NCBI RefSeq assembly: GCF_004010195.1
Contig: NC_057714.1
Location: 46,550,558-46,614,557 of the forward strand
Direction of reading: 5' to 3'
Length of the DNA: 64,000 bases
From: Chiloscyllium plagiosum
Taxonomy: Eukaryota
The notes beneath the pieces are model-generated. The model was not told the DNA's origin. It did no database searches and was given only the letters and a program-made list of their open reading frames with translations. Positions 29,401 through 41,400 of the stretch are shown piece after piece. Within the stretch, counting starts at the first letter, position 1. Each line of letters starts with the position of its first letter. A program made the translations under genes and the position numbers.

Positions 29401-32400
29401 AATTCCAGGATTTCAATCCAGCAACAGTGAAGGGATGAAGATATATTTGCAAGTCAGGATGGGGACTAATGTGAAGAGGAACGTGTGGGTGTTCCCATGT
29501 ATCTGCTGCCCTTGTCCTTCTCTATAGAAATGATTGTAGGTTTGGAAAATGCTATATAAGATCCTTGGTGAATTTCTGCAGCGCATCTTGTAGATAGTAC
29601 ACACTAATGCTGCCAGCAGTGGAGTGAGTAGATGTTTGTGGATGTGGTGCCAATCAAGTAGGCTGCTTTATCTAAAGGCAATTTGGACAAGAGTTTGCTA
29701 AATACTTGATGAATCCAACAAATCATTGCACAGCCATTACATCTGTTGGTCACTGCATTGTTGCTACAGCTCTGACCTTTATTCTTAAGCAAGTAGCTGT
29801 ACTTGGATTTAATTGACATGTACCAGGAATAAGGGAAAGTCAGAGAAAATATAATAGAGTAATATAAGTTAAATATAAGTGAGTTAAGGAGAGCAGGATA
29901 TTCCAATCTAGGACAGAGTCAATTTAGCTCGAACTATGGAACATAAAGAATGCATTACCTTATTCAGGGTAATCTATGGACCACCAACTAATGCGGAGGA
30001 TTTGGTGAGCAAATCAGCTGGGAATCACAGAGAACAAATTACAACAAGTTACAGAGAAATACCAACTTTGTAGGATAGTTCTAATGGAGATTTTAATTAT
30101 GCACAAAGTCTGGGATATTGGTGGTTTAATGGGTAGTTAGGAGCAAGTGTTCCTGGATTATACTCAGGAGAACTTCCAACAGCAGTATGTGACCAGTCCA
30201 ATAAGAAATAATGTACTGTTGAACCTGGTTCTTCAGAAATGAGGTAGAGTAAGTAAATCAAGTTTCAGTGGGGAAGCAATGAGAAGATGGTGTTCATTGT
30301 ATTGCAAGGTTCAGGATAACGGTACAGAATGACATTAGTCAATCCAGTGAAAGAAAAATCAATTGGCAGAGTGTCAATTTCTGTGGGGCAAGAACAGAAC
30401 TCAGCAGGATGAACGAGAATGAAAGGTTGGCGTGAAACAATTAACTGAGCAATAGGCTACCTTGGAAGGTGCGATGTTTCAAGTACGCTCAAGGTATATT
30501 CCCTCAAATGGGGAAGGCAGGGCAAACAAATCATGCCATTAATTCCTCCTCTACCTTATCATCATAATTCAAGCAAGATGGATAGGCAGCTCATTCAGGA
30601 CCAAATTGTAACCAGCACCAAGAACCATTGATAAATATGAACCAGAAGCCAGAAACCAAAATGATATACAAAAAACTAATTTCAGATGCAAGGGCCTAGC
30701 TTAAACATTTCCAGATTGCGTTGATTTGGGCAGCTGCAAGGGTGCTTAAAAGATGACACATTGGCCTGTACACCCGCTCAGATTAGGTATAGGTATGGGT
30801 CTCTGCAGGAAAATAAATACGGGATGCATGTTCCCAATGACCAGGGAATGCAGAACCAGGGGTCACAATGTGAGGATACAGAGATTTCCATTTCAGACTG
30901 AGATGAGGAGAAATTTCTTCACCCGGAAAGTGGTGAGCCTATGGACTTCTCTGCCACACAAAGTGGCTGAGGCCAAAACATTGCATGTTTTCAAAATTGA
31001 ATTAGAACTAGTTCTCAGGATTAAAGGGATCAAAGAGTATGAGGAGTAATCAGGAACAAAGTACTGAGTTAGATAATCAACCATGAATGTGAGAGCAGGC
31101 TCAAAGGACTGAAGGGCTTGCTCCTGTTTCTAGTTTCTATGTTTCCAATTAGGCTACCTTTGTGTATCTTTCATATCTGGAAAGTAGGCATCATGATGGT
31201 GAATTTAGATTCCAGTCAATTTTGAATTAGAATTGAAAGATCCAACATTAGTCACAGGTTCATAGCTCCTTGAAAGTGGAGTTGCAGGTAGATAGGATAG
31301 TGAAGGCTTTCCTTTATTGGTCAGAGTATTGAGTACAGGAGTTGGGAGGTTATGTTGCGGCTGTACAGAACATAGGTTAGGCCACTGTTGGAATATTGCG
31401 TGCAGTTCTGGTCTCCTTCCTATCAGAAATATGTGAAACTTGAAAGGGTTCAGAAACGATTTACAAGGTGTTGCCAGGGTTGGAGGATTTGAGCTATAGG
31501 GAGAGGCTTAACAGGCTGGGGCTGTTTTCCCTGGAGCGTTGGAGGTTATGGGGTGACCTTATAGAGGTTTACAAAATTATGAGGGGCATGGATAGGGTAA
31601 ATAGGCAAAGTCTTTTCCCTGGGGTGAGGGAGTCCAGAACTAGAAGGCACAGATTTAGGGTGAGAGGGGAAAGATATAAAAGAGACCTAAGGAGCAACTA
31701 TTTCACACAGGGAGTGGTACGTGTATGGAATGAGCTGCCAGAGGAAGTGGTAGAGGCTGGTACAATTGCAACATTTAAGAGGCATTTGGATGGGTATATG
31801 AATAGGAAGGGTTTGGAGGGATATGGGCCGTGTGCTGGCAGGTGGGACTAGATTGGATTAGGATATTTAGTCAGCATGGACAGGTTGGACTGAAGGGTCT
31901 GTTTCCATGCTGTACATCTCTATGACTCTATGACTCTGTGTTTCTGGGATAACAGCTCTCAGAGTGGGAGAAATGGGCTGTGTCAGTTCTTACATATTGG
32001 AGGCAAACATCCATATGTAAAGTAACTAACTGTGTGCTAGTCCTTCCAAAAAATTCAACTTCCAGGTCTGAAGTATTATCTTTGTAAATGCAAACAGCAA
32101 ACAGATTGATGATGCATATCACTCGACACTCAGCTCACATTCTTATTGACCTTGTTGCTAACGCTGGTCCACCGAAGCCTAACTGACGGCACACCACCAT
32201 GGCATCTCTATTGGTCCAGTGTTTGGCACATATTCCTCCCCAGTGCCCATTGGACATCATTTTTATTATGCCACCATATTTATTATTTCCTCTATCCAGG
32301 TGGATATAACCTATGGGTATCAGAGACAGAACAAGAAATGAATGTGTCAGAGGCTTCAGACCCTGCTAAATTAGTTGGCAGTTCCAAATTCTATCATTTG

Positions 32401-35400
32401 TGCTTTGACAAACCAACAAACAAAGTCCATTCCGTGCCATCTACCTTCTGGAGCTTGAAAAGTGCTAAACTGGGCTGAAAATCCCTCTAATTCCATCGAT
32501 GAGTCTGATCTCATTGTGATGCTCATTGTGTTGGAAGAGCCCTGCAGCTGTGGTGGCACTTCAGATCCACAGAACCTGATTCAATGAGGTTAAACAAGAA
32601 AAGCAGAACTTTAATTTGCAGCTATTACTTTTCTCATAATTAAACAACAGCATTTTATACAAGTTATATGACACTTCGTAAATTTCAAATTTTAATGTTC
32701 ATTCTCCAGTGCCCAAATTATCAGTTGCAGCATTGTGTTGTTTTTACAATAAATGGGGGATATCACTGATGATACAATATTTATTACCCATCCTTGGTTA
32801 CCCTAAAACCCCTGGGTAAGAAGCATGTAACACAGGATTAGAGTTGTATGTAAATCAAAGCATCAGATGACTCCTTGAAAGATGTTCGTGAGTCAGTTGT
32901 GTTCTTACAGTTGTGATCAGCATCTTTTATAGAGTCAGAGAATCGTTACTGCACAGAACAAGGCCATTCAACTCATCTTATCCATGCTGGCTCTCATAAG
33001 GATCATTTCATGAACGGCCACTTCTCTACCCTTCCCCAAATCCTTACACATTCCTCCTTCTCAGATATTTAGAAAGTGTAAAACAATTAAAGTGCAGAAA
33101 CAGGCTATTCCACCATCATATCTTTGCTAAAATCCACGCAGACCACGTCACCAGCACTGCAGCTCTTTCACCAGCTTCATCTCTGGAAAACAAAGTCCCC
33201 CACATGTTGTACTTACTAAATACTGACCGAAAATGTTCTCCTGAATACAATTCAAGAATTCTGTTTCTCCATTCAGTTACACTAAACTATCCCAGTTAAT
33301 ATTGCCAGTTATAATCCCTTATTACTGCTTTCAAGTTTTTGCATTTTCACAGATTTGCTTACTTATTTGTTCTCCTATCTCCCTCTGACTGGTTGGAGTT
33401 GAAACTACACTCCAAACAGTGTTGTTGTCATTTTCCTTTGTTTCTTAGCTCAATTAATATGGCCTCGTGTGATGATCCTCCTAAAATATCATCCTACCTC
33501 ACAGTTGTAATTATTTCTTCATTCAAAATTGAGACCCTCTCCCTTTTTTAACCCTTCATGAACAGATCTGAAACCTCTGTAACCAAGCAGCTCTTCCTGT
33601 CCCTTTCTAACCACGTCTTTCATCTGTAATTGCTATGACATCACATTGCCATGTTTCTATCTAACCCTTGAGCTTGACTAACACCTTGCACTGAAGTATA
33701 TTTCCTTGAGCAATACCAAGACTTTTTTTTTATTTTTCTAATCTTTGTTCCCTCTATCGTCCAGGCTTATTGACTAATTAGGATAATTTTCTTGTGCAAA
33801 TCCACAAATGGCCAGATTATTAAATTTAATTTCATATCTTGCTGCAGTTTGTCTTTTAAAATTCACAGCCTCTGAGCTGCCAGTGAAATATCATAACCAT
33901 TACGCTGTAGTATAACAGGTAGTTGTGGTTACAGATTTGAATAACATCACTTGAGGGTTATTAAGCAACTAAATATAAAATAGTTCCCTTCAACAAACGT
34001 TTTGGCAAATTCATAAATAATGCATGAAAAACAGTTAATCCCAGCATGCATTGCATTTATGCAGCATATGTGACTCCTAAAATGAATGTTCCATTTTACA
34101 GAAATTATTTATCTTCTCACCATATCTTTTTTTAGAACTGTTCTGCCTGTCTTACAATCCTCCTTGTTTATTATGCAAAATTTTCAATTCTTACCTGCCC
34201 ATTTCTACTTTGTCGGGTCCTTTGCCGTCATAAACAACCACATAATCATATTTGCATGTTCTGTGTTCTTCGATAAACAAGGAAGTAAAATCCAAACGGA
34301 TGAGATATCCAGGAGGTGCTTCAATCTCCCAGGTGCAGTCCATGTCCCTCGGGTAGGATTGTGGATAGTGTGGGGTCTGAAATCTTCCTTCAATCTGTCT
34401 CATCAGACCACCACATGAATCTAACATGAAACAAATGTGCTAGGAGATTTGTGGATTGCTTGCAGGGTGAATCCCATCATACGTTACATTATGAACTATT
34501 TAATATTAATCCAAAACATTCAAAATGATACACCAGAAGTTTTGTTTTATTCACTCACAGAATATGGGCATCTCTTGTTATTGCCAGTCCCTAATTGCCC
34601 AGAGTGAAGTTAAGAATCAACCACATTGCTGTGAGTCTGGTGTCACATGTAGGCCAGACCAGGTAAGTATCACAGATTTCCTTCCCTAAAGGGTATTAGT
34701 GAACCAGATGGGTTTCTCCAACAATCAACAATGGATTAATGGTCATCATTAAACCCTGAAATTCAGATTCTTTAGTGAAATTAAATTTCACTATCTGCCA
34801 TTGGTAGGGTTTGGACCCAGGTTCCCAGAACATGAGCTCAGCCAAAAGTACTACTACACTATTGTCTCCTGAAGTAATTACCATTTAACAATGACAGGTT
34901 TTATGTCAAATAACTGGAGCCTAGGTTTGTTCAGCACTTTCGTACTGAAACTTTTGTGATTCATAAATGATGTATTTTACCAGAGGCATAACATTTATGA
35001 ATGATTGAATTCAATAATATTGGTAAAAACAATTTAATAGAAAACGTCGTGAAGAATAAACAATATATCCAATAGCAATTTAGACAGCATAGGGTGCAGG
35101 TTACTTATTAGAATTCCATCTTCATTGAATAATTTATAACTTTTCAGGAAGAGCGATGAATCAAAAGACATATTTATATAGCTGTGATATCTGACTGATT
35201 CAAATATAAACAGATACTTTACAACTAAAAATACTAATGCAGTACATTTATTTAGTTTGAAATAAATTTTCACTTACCTGGATCTACAAATGAGGAGGTA
35301 GATGAATGTACATTATCTCCCCTTGTTGGTACTTTTGTGGTAATGACAGGAAAAGCTGATATGGACATGTCTTCAAGATTTAATGGTGAATGCGCCGCAG

Positions 35401-38400
35401 GTGTTTGCATAGTAACTGGACTTATTGATGAAGCAACTAATGATAAAAAATCAGTGACAACTTCTGTGATGTTGGCAACATTTTTTCTATGGAATGAGGG
35501 AAGGGTCACTGTTTCAGTTAAATGTGACGCATAATTTTGACTAAATTCCTCTTTTGGTAATGGAGCCCCTTCTGTGCCTTCGACACCCTGACCTCTATAT
35601 ACTCCAGTAAATGTGTGTGCAATGGCTTCATGAACATCCTCAGAGGAGCTTTGTCGCATTGTACTCTTTTCACTTAGACTAAGTGATGGCTCAAAGATGT
35701 CAGCGATAGTTGTAACTACTTGCAGTATATTTGTATCTTTGTCGACAACGGGCTGAACTTTGCCATCTTTTCTAGTCATGGGTAAAAAACTCTTAGTGGT
35801 TGTTACACTTACAGGAATTTTATCTTTTGCAGTAGAAGTGATGGATTGGGATATATCACCTGGGGAGTGAATGAGTGTCTGAACAAGACTATCTTTGTTT
35901 AGACTTTCTTTCTCATAGACCAGATTCTTCTGACTTATTCCTGCAACTCCACTGAATGTGGTTGGTTGAACTGTTCTTTCTTCAGTAGATGTGGTAAGTT
36001 CCATCCTTTCACTGTCTGTGGATTTCTGAAGTTGACTGAAGGGTGTAGTTATTTTGGACAGGACAGAACTATTTACAGTTAGCACAGGTTCAATTGGTTG
36101 GAATGTATTTATTTCACTGGTTTCATCCACATTTGCATTTCCTTCTGTACTCACTGTTGCTTGTGAATCTGAATTGTGTGTAACGGGTTTATGTAGCATA
36201 ATCCCACCATTCACTCTGGATCGAAATGACTCTTCTTCATTCTTACTTACAAATAGGTTTGATTTTATATTGACATTTCCTGGTTGGTCTATGCTGGGTA
36301 CTGCTGCTTGTGAGAAATCTTGTGTTTTGAATGTAATTAGTTCTACATTTGTGCTTGTACTGGATGCCCCTGGAAAATCTGTTACATTCTGACTAGATAC
36401 TACCAGCTGTGTTTTTTTGTCCACATTCTGGGGAAGAACCATATCAGATATCTGCAGATGTTTCATCATGGCTTCAGAGCTCTTTGTTCCTGAAAAGGTA
36501 GTTTCACCTCTAGTTAAATCAAGCTGATGGTTCTGATTCTTTCCTGTGGGATATGAAATGTCTTCTATTTTACGTGTGATAGGATGAAAATTATCCTTAG
36601 TGGTGGTCACCCCTGACAATGCAGCATTGTCCAAATTCAGCACATTTTGTGAAGCTGGCAGGTGCTTATCTGGAGCCGATTGGTGGACTGCACTATCCTT
36701 AGCAACATTTTCCAAAAATATTTCCCCTTTTGAAAAACTAGATATTGTTGATCTACTTCCCCTCCTTTAAAATATCCCCCTAATTGAAAGTGCAGGTCTG
36801 ACTTATCGCTTTTCCTCAAGTCCATAACAAACTTCTTCAGGCTCACCAAAGAATGTGTTGTGATTTCATGTTGGTATGATGTATTCATGGAGAGCGCACC
36901 TCTTCCATCAGGGCTACTTTTGTATCTAAGGTGTGAAGCTTGAGGGGTTTTAGTGTCTTTATATCCTGAATCATCATCTATTTTCGAGCTTTTAGATTTA
37001 TCAATAGTCATATTCCAAAGTTGCAACCTCACTGCATTTATTTCAGAGGAAGTAGTGACTGAACTGCTTGTCATTTCTGAATAGTATTCTTTCTTGGTCC
37101 CATTTGTCAAGTTGTTCGTTGTTTCAAACTTGGACCAATTTACACTTAATTGAGAAGCTGCATTAACTTTATCGCTTTGTTCCACTTGCAGTGAATACTT
37201 ATTATCTGAACTTTTCACAAAGTTTTCAATTAAAAACGGTTTCACCAATTCCTTAAAGTTGTCCTTTTCTGAACCGTTGACTGAGGAGGCAATTGAAGTT
37301 TCTGCTAAAGCAACATTAGCTGACGTGAAAGTTTCTAAGTCATGTAGATCTTTAGTCTGCTTGTTATGAAAGCTTGGTTTTACCACATTTGGGAACTGAT
37401 TTGTTTGATTTTGAAGCTGGATCAGATCTGCTTTAGCAATTTCTTGTTTCTTGGAAGCATTATTCTGAGAAGAAGGCATGATCGATCCCAATAATAATAG
37501 ATCCATTGATTTGCTGTCAGAAGTACTCCCTTCCAATTGTGGTGACTGATTATGAGCAAAACAGTCATCACCAGGTTTGTAGCAATACACATCCCACTTT
37601 TCCAAAAGGTTCTTCCTAACTCCGTATGAAATAATGCCGACTCTATTTTGGCCACAATTCCAGTTTCTGTGTCTCCTTGGATACGCAACTTCTCCTGATG
37701 AAATCCAACCTGCTCTGCATCCCTCTAGTCCAGCAAGGTAGGCAGCATGAAGCTGCTCCCTTGTTGCCACCACAGCACCAAAGTCTTGCTCACAAGCCAC
37801 TTTAGCAGCAGGGAAAGTCAGTGAATATCGAATCCTCTGATCATAATGGAAAACACCACTTAGACTCCCTACAGCAAAGAAAATATATGGTTTGAAAAGT
37901 ACTAGAGCTGAGAAAATGTTCTATTTTGACACACCTCCAAAGGTATTTACTGTCACCAGTTTCTCATGGTTCTGTAATACAGTTAATTCTTGTCAAAGTC
38001 CTGGTTGTCTTGTCATATTCAATACTGATTTTTAATGCTAACTGCGGAGAAACCAACAGCAAATTCAAATGATGCATACTAAATAGACATCTTTAAAAGG
38101 AAGATAAAATGAGACTGCAGATGCTGTAGAGTCAATCAAAGTGTAGTGCTGAAAAAGCACAGCAGGTCAGGCAACATCCAAAGAGCAGAAGAGTAGACGA
38201 TTTTGGCGTAAGCCTTTCATCAGGAATGTGGAGGGGAAAGGGGGTTGAGGGATATATAGGGGGTGGGGTGGGGTTGGGGAGAAGGTAGCTGGGAAGTCAA
38301 TAGTTAGATGCCTGTGGGGACGATTGTGATAGGTCAGTGGGGAGGGTGGAACAGATAGATGGACAGGTAGGACAGGTCAAGAGGGCGGTGCCGAGTCGGA

Positions 38401-41400
38401 GAATCTAGGATGAGGTGGGGGGAGGGGGCATTTGGAAACTAGTGAAGTCAATGTTGATTCCGTGTGATTGAAGGGTCCTGAGGTTGAAGATGAGGCGTTC
38501 TTCATCTAGGTGGCGGGTGCCTTGTATTTGGTGATGGAGGAGGTCCAGAATTTGCGTGTCCTTGGGGAAGTGGGTTGGGGAGTTGAAGTGGTTTGCTACA
38601 GGGCAGTAGGGTTGTTTGGTGCATGTGTCCCAAAGAGCGAATTGGCGTCCTGGCCCCATGATGTAGAGGAGACCACATCGAGAGCAACAGACACAGTAGA
38701 TGAGGTGTTTGGAGGTGCAGGAAAATCTCTGCCGGATGTGAAAAGATCCTTTGGAGCCTTGGATGGAGGTGAGGGAGGAGGTGTGGGCTCAGGTTTTACA
38801 TCTCTTGTGGTGGCAAGGAAAGGTGCCGGTAATTGAGGGTGGATTGGTAGCGCGCCTGGACATGATGAGGGAGTCACAGAGGGAATGATCTCTGCAGAAC
38901 GCAGATAGGGATAGGGAAAGAAAAAAATCTTTTGTAGTGGGTTTTGACTATAGGTGGCAGAAATGGTGGCGAATGTTGCGCTGTATATGAAGATTGGTGG
39001 GTGGGAAGGTGGGGGCCGGGGGGGGGGGGGGGTTCTGTCCTTGATGNNNNNNNNNNNNNNNNNNNNNNNNNNNNNNNNNNNNNNNNNNNNNNNNNNNNNN
39101 NNNNNNNNNNNNNNNNNNNNNNNNNNNNNNNNNNNNNNNNNNNNNNNNNNNNNNNNNNNNNNNNNNNNNNNNNNNNNNNNNNNNNNNNNNNNNNNNNNNN
39201 NNNNNNNNNNNNNNNNNNNNNNNNNNNNNNNNNNNNNNNNNNNNNNNNNNNNNNNNNNNNNNNNNNNNNNNNNNNNNNNNGGGGGGGGGGGTTCTGCCCT
39301 TGATGTGGTTGTACGGGTGGGATTCAAGGGTGGAAGTGCAGGAAGTGGAGGAGATGCACTGGAGGGCATTGTTGATCATGTTGGAGGGGAAATTGCGATC
39401 CTGGAAATACAAGGCTCCTGTGGGAGCAGATACGGTAAAGGCAGACAAATTGGGAGTAAGGGATCGCGTTTTTATGGGGTGGGGGGTGTGAGGAGGTATT
39501 GTCTAGGTAGCTAAGTTTGAAATAGATATCTGTGTTGAGTCAGTCGTCAATGGTGAAGTCCAGGAAGGTGACAGAGTTGTTGGAGATGGTCTGTGTGAAC
39601 TTACGGTCAGAATGGAAAGCTGTCCGTGAAGTTGATGAACTGTTCAACCTCCTTGTGGAAGGACAAGGTGGCGCCGTTAGAATCATCAATGTAGCAGAGG
39701 AAAAGGTGGGGGATGGTGCTAGTGTAGCTGCAGAAGATGGTCTGTTCCACATATCCTGCGATGAGGCAGGCATAGCTGGGACCTATGCGGGTGTCCATGG
39801 CTACCCCTTTGGTCTGAAAGAAATGGAAGGATTTGAAGGAGAAATTATTGAGGGGGAGGACTAGTTCCGCCAATCAAATGAGTGTGTCAGTGGAGGGGGG
39901 CTGGTTGGGTGGATGGGAGAGGAAGAAAAGGAGGGCTTGGAGGCCGTCGTCATGGCGGATGGACGGGTTTAGGGACTGGATGTCCATGGTAAAGATGAGA
40001 TGTTGGCGGCCGGGGAACCGAAAGTCATGGAAGAGATGGAGGGCATTGCTAGTGTCCCAAATATATGTGGGAATTCCTGGGCCAAGGGGGACAGGACAGT
40101 GTCGAGATATGAGAAGTTTGGTGGGGCAGGAGCAGATAGAGAAAATAGGTTCCCCGGGGAAGTCAGGTTTGTGGATTTTAGGTAAGAGGTACAACTGGGT
40201 GGTGCAGGTTGTGAAGCTCTGAGGTGGCAGACTGTGGATGGGAGATCGTCTGAGGTGTTGAGGTTATGGATGGTCCGGCGATGGGAGGTGAGGTCATGGT
40301 CGAGGGGCGTGGGCACACAATTACAAATTAAAATTCCTGCCTTTTATTTGCAGTCACCCTGTTCAGAGTTGTTATTACACACCTCTGGAGCAGGTGAAAC
40401 TTGAACCAAGAGACAGGGACACTTCCATAAGGGCCCTTCACTCCTGGTTGTTTTAAACAGCTGTACCAATGCAAACCACACATTATTGGTTTTAATCCAC
40501 GAGTAAACAACAGCTTAAAAAGTTATGAGATGCATCATCGGAAGACTTTTGGTGCAATGTGAGAGGGCACCAGTAAGCCTAAAATGCTCCATTTATGTCA
40601 CACAATGGTAACATTTTTTAGTGGGTTTTTTTCCCTATATATGTGCCTTTGCTTTTCAAAAATAGAATGAATACATTACTACCTCGTGGGATGTCAGGTT
40701 ACCATGTGTTCAGATGAGACCTGGGATCCTTGTCATACTTCTGCTTTTATCACATTGACCTGAGTATAAAAAACAGGCAACATACACAAAGTGCTGATCT
40801 TTCCTGAGAGAGTCCAAGCAAACTTGTGACAGGGGACTCTCTACTCAAGGGCACAGACAGGCTGCTGCTGTGAGTGAGACTTCAGGAAGGTGTGTTGCCT
40901 CCATGGTGCCAAGGTCAAGGCTATCTCAGGGCGATTAGAGGAAATTCTCAAAGTGGGAGCGTGAGCAGGCAGAGGTCACTGTACACATTGGTAACAACAC
41001 TGTAGATAGAGAAAGGGATGAAGTCCTGCAGAGTGAATATAGGGAGTTAGGCAGGAGGTTAAAAAGAAGCCACAATCACCTGATGAAGGAGCAGCACTCC
41101 AAACGCCAGTGCTTCCAAATAAACCTGTGTGATTTTTAACATTAAAAAGCAGGACTCCAAGGATAGTAATCTCTCTATTACTCCTGGTGCCACCTGCTAG
41201 TGAGAGTAGGAATCGGAGGAAAGGGCAGATGAATGCATGGCTGAGAAGTTGGTGGAAGGGGCAGGCATTCAGACTTTTGGATCACTGTGATCTCTTCTCA
41301 GGCAGAAGTGACCTGTCCAAGAGAGATGGGATTACATCTGATCTGGACAGATCCAATATCCTGGCGGGGAGATTTGCAGTGCTACAAGGTAGGGTTTGAA

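Noticed and set aside
36720-36770. Programmed -1 ribosomal frameshift as the explanation for the frame change
   Set aside because: The only in-frame X XXY YYZ heptamer I found is A AAG GGG (non-canonical Y=G), and I see no clear downstream stimulatory structure. An indel is simpler.
34195-37868. Calling the gene TNFAIP6/TSG-6, or CNTNAP from the 3' exons
   Set aside because: TSG-6 is a short Link-CUB protein with no stalk, SRCR or FBG domains, and its N-terminal catalytic Ser context is not evident here. CNTNAPs need discoidin, LamG, EGF and TM segments, none of which I saw.
39009-39306. Apparent tandem duplication and G-quadruplex-like runs around the N gap
   Set aside because: Near-identical polyG-ttctg(t/c)ccttgatg on both sides suggests overlapping contig ends broken at a G homopolymer; it is likely an assembly artefact.
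40683-40759. Exon-like segment on the minus strand in intron 1 (ttttttatactcag| ... |gtagta)
   Set aside because: All three frames contain a stop, including the phase-1 frame needed. Coding exons 1 and 2 already join in frame without it.
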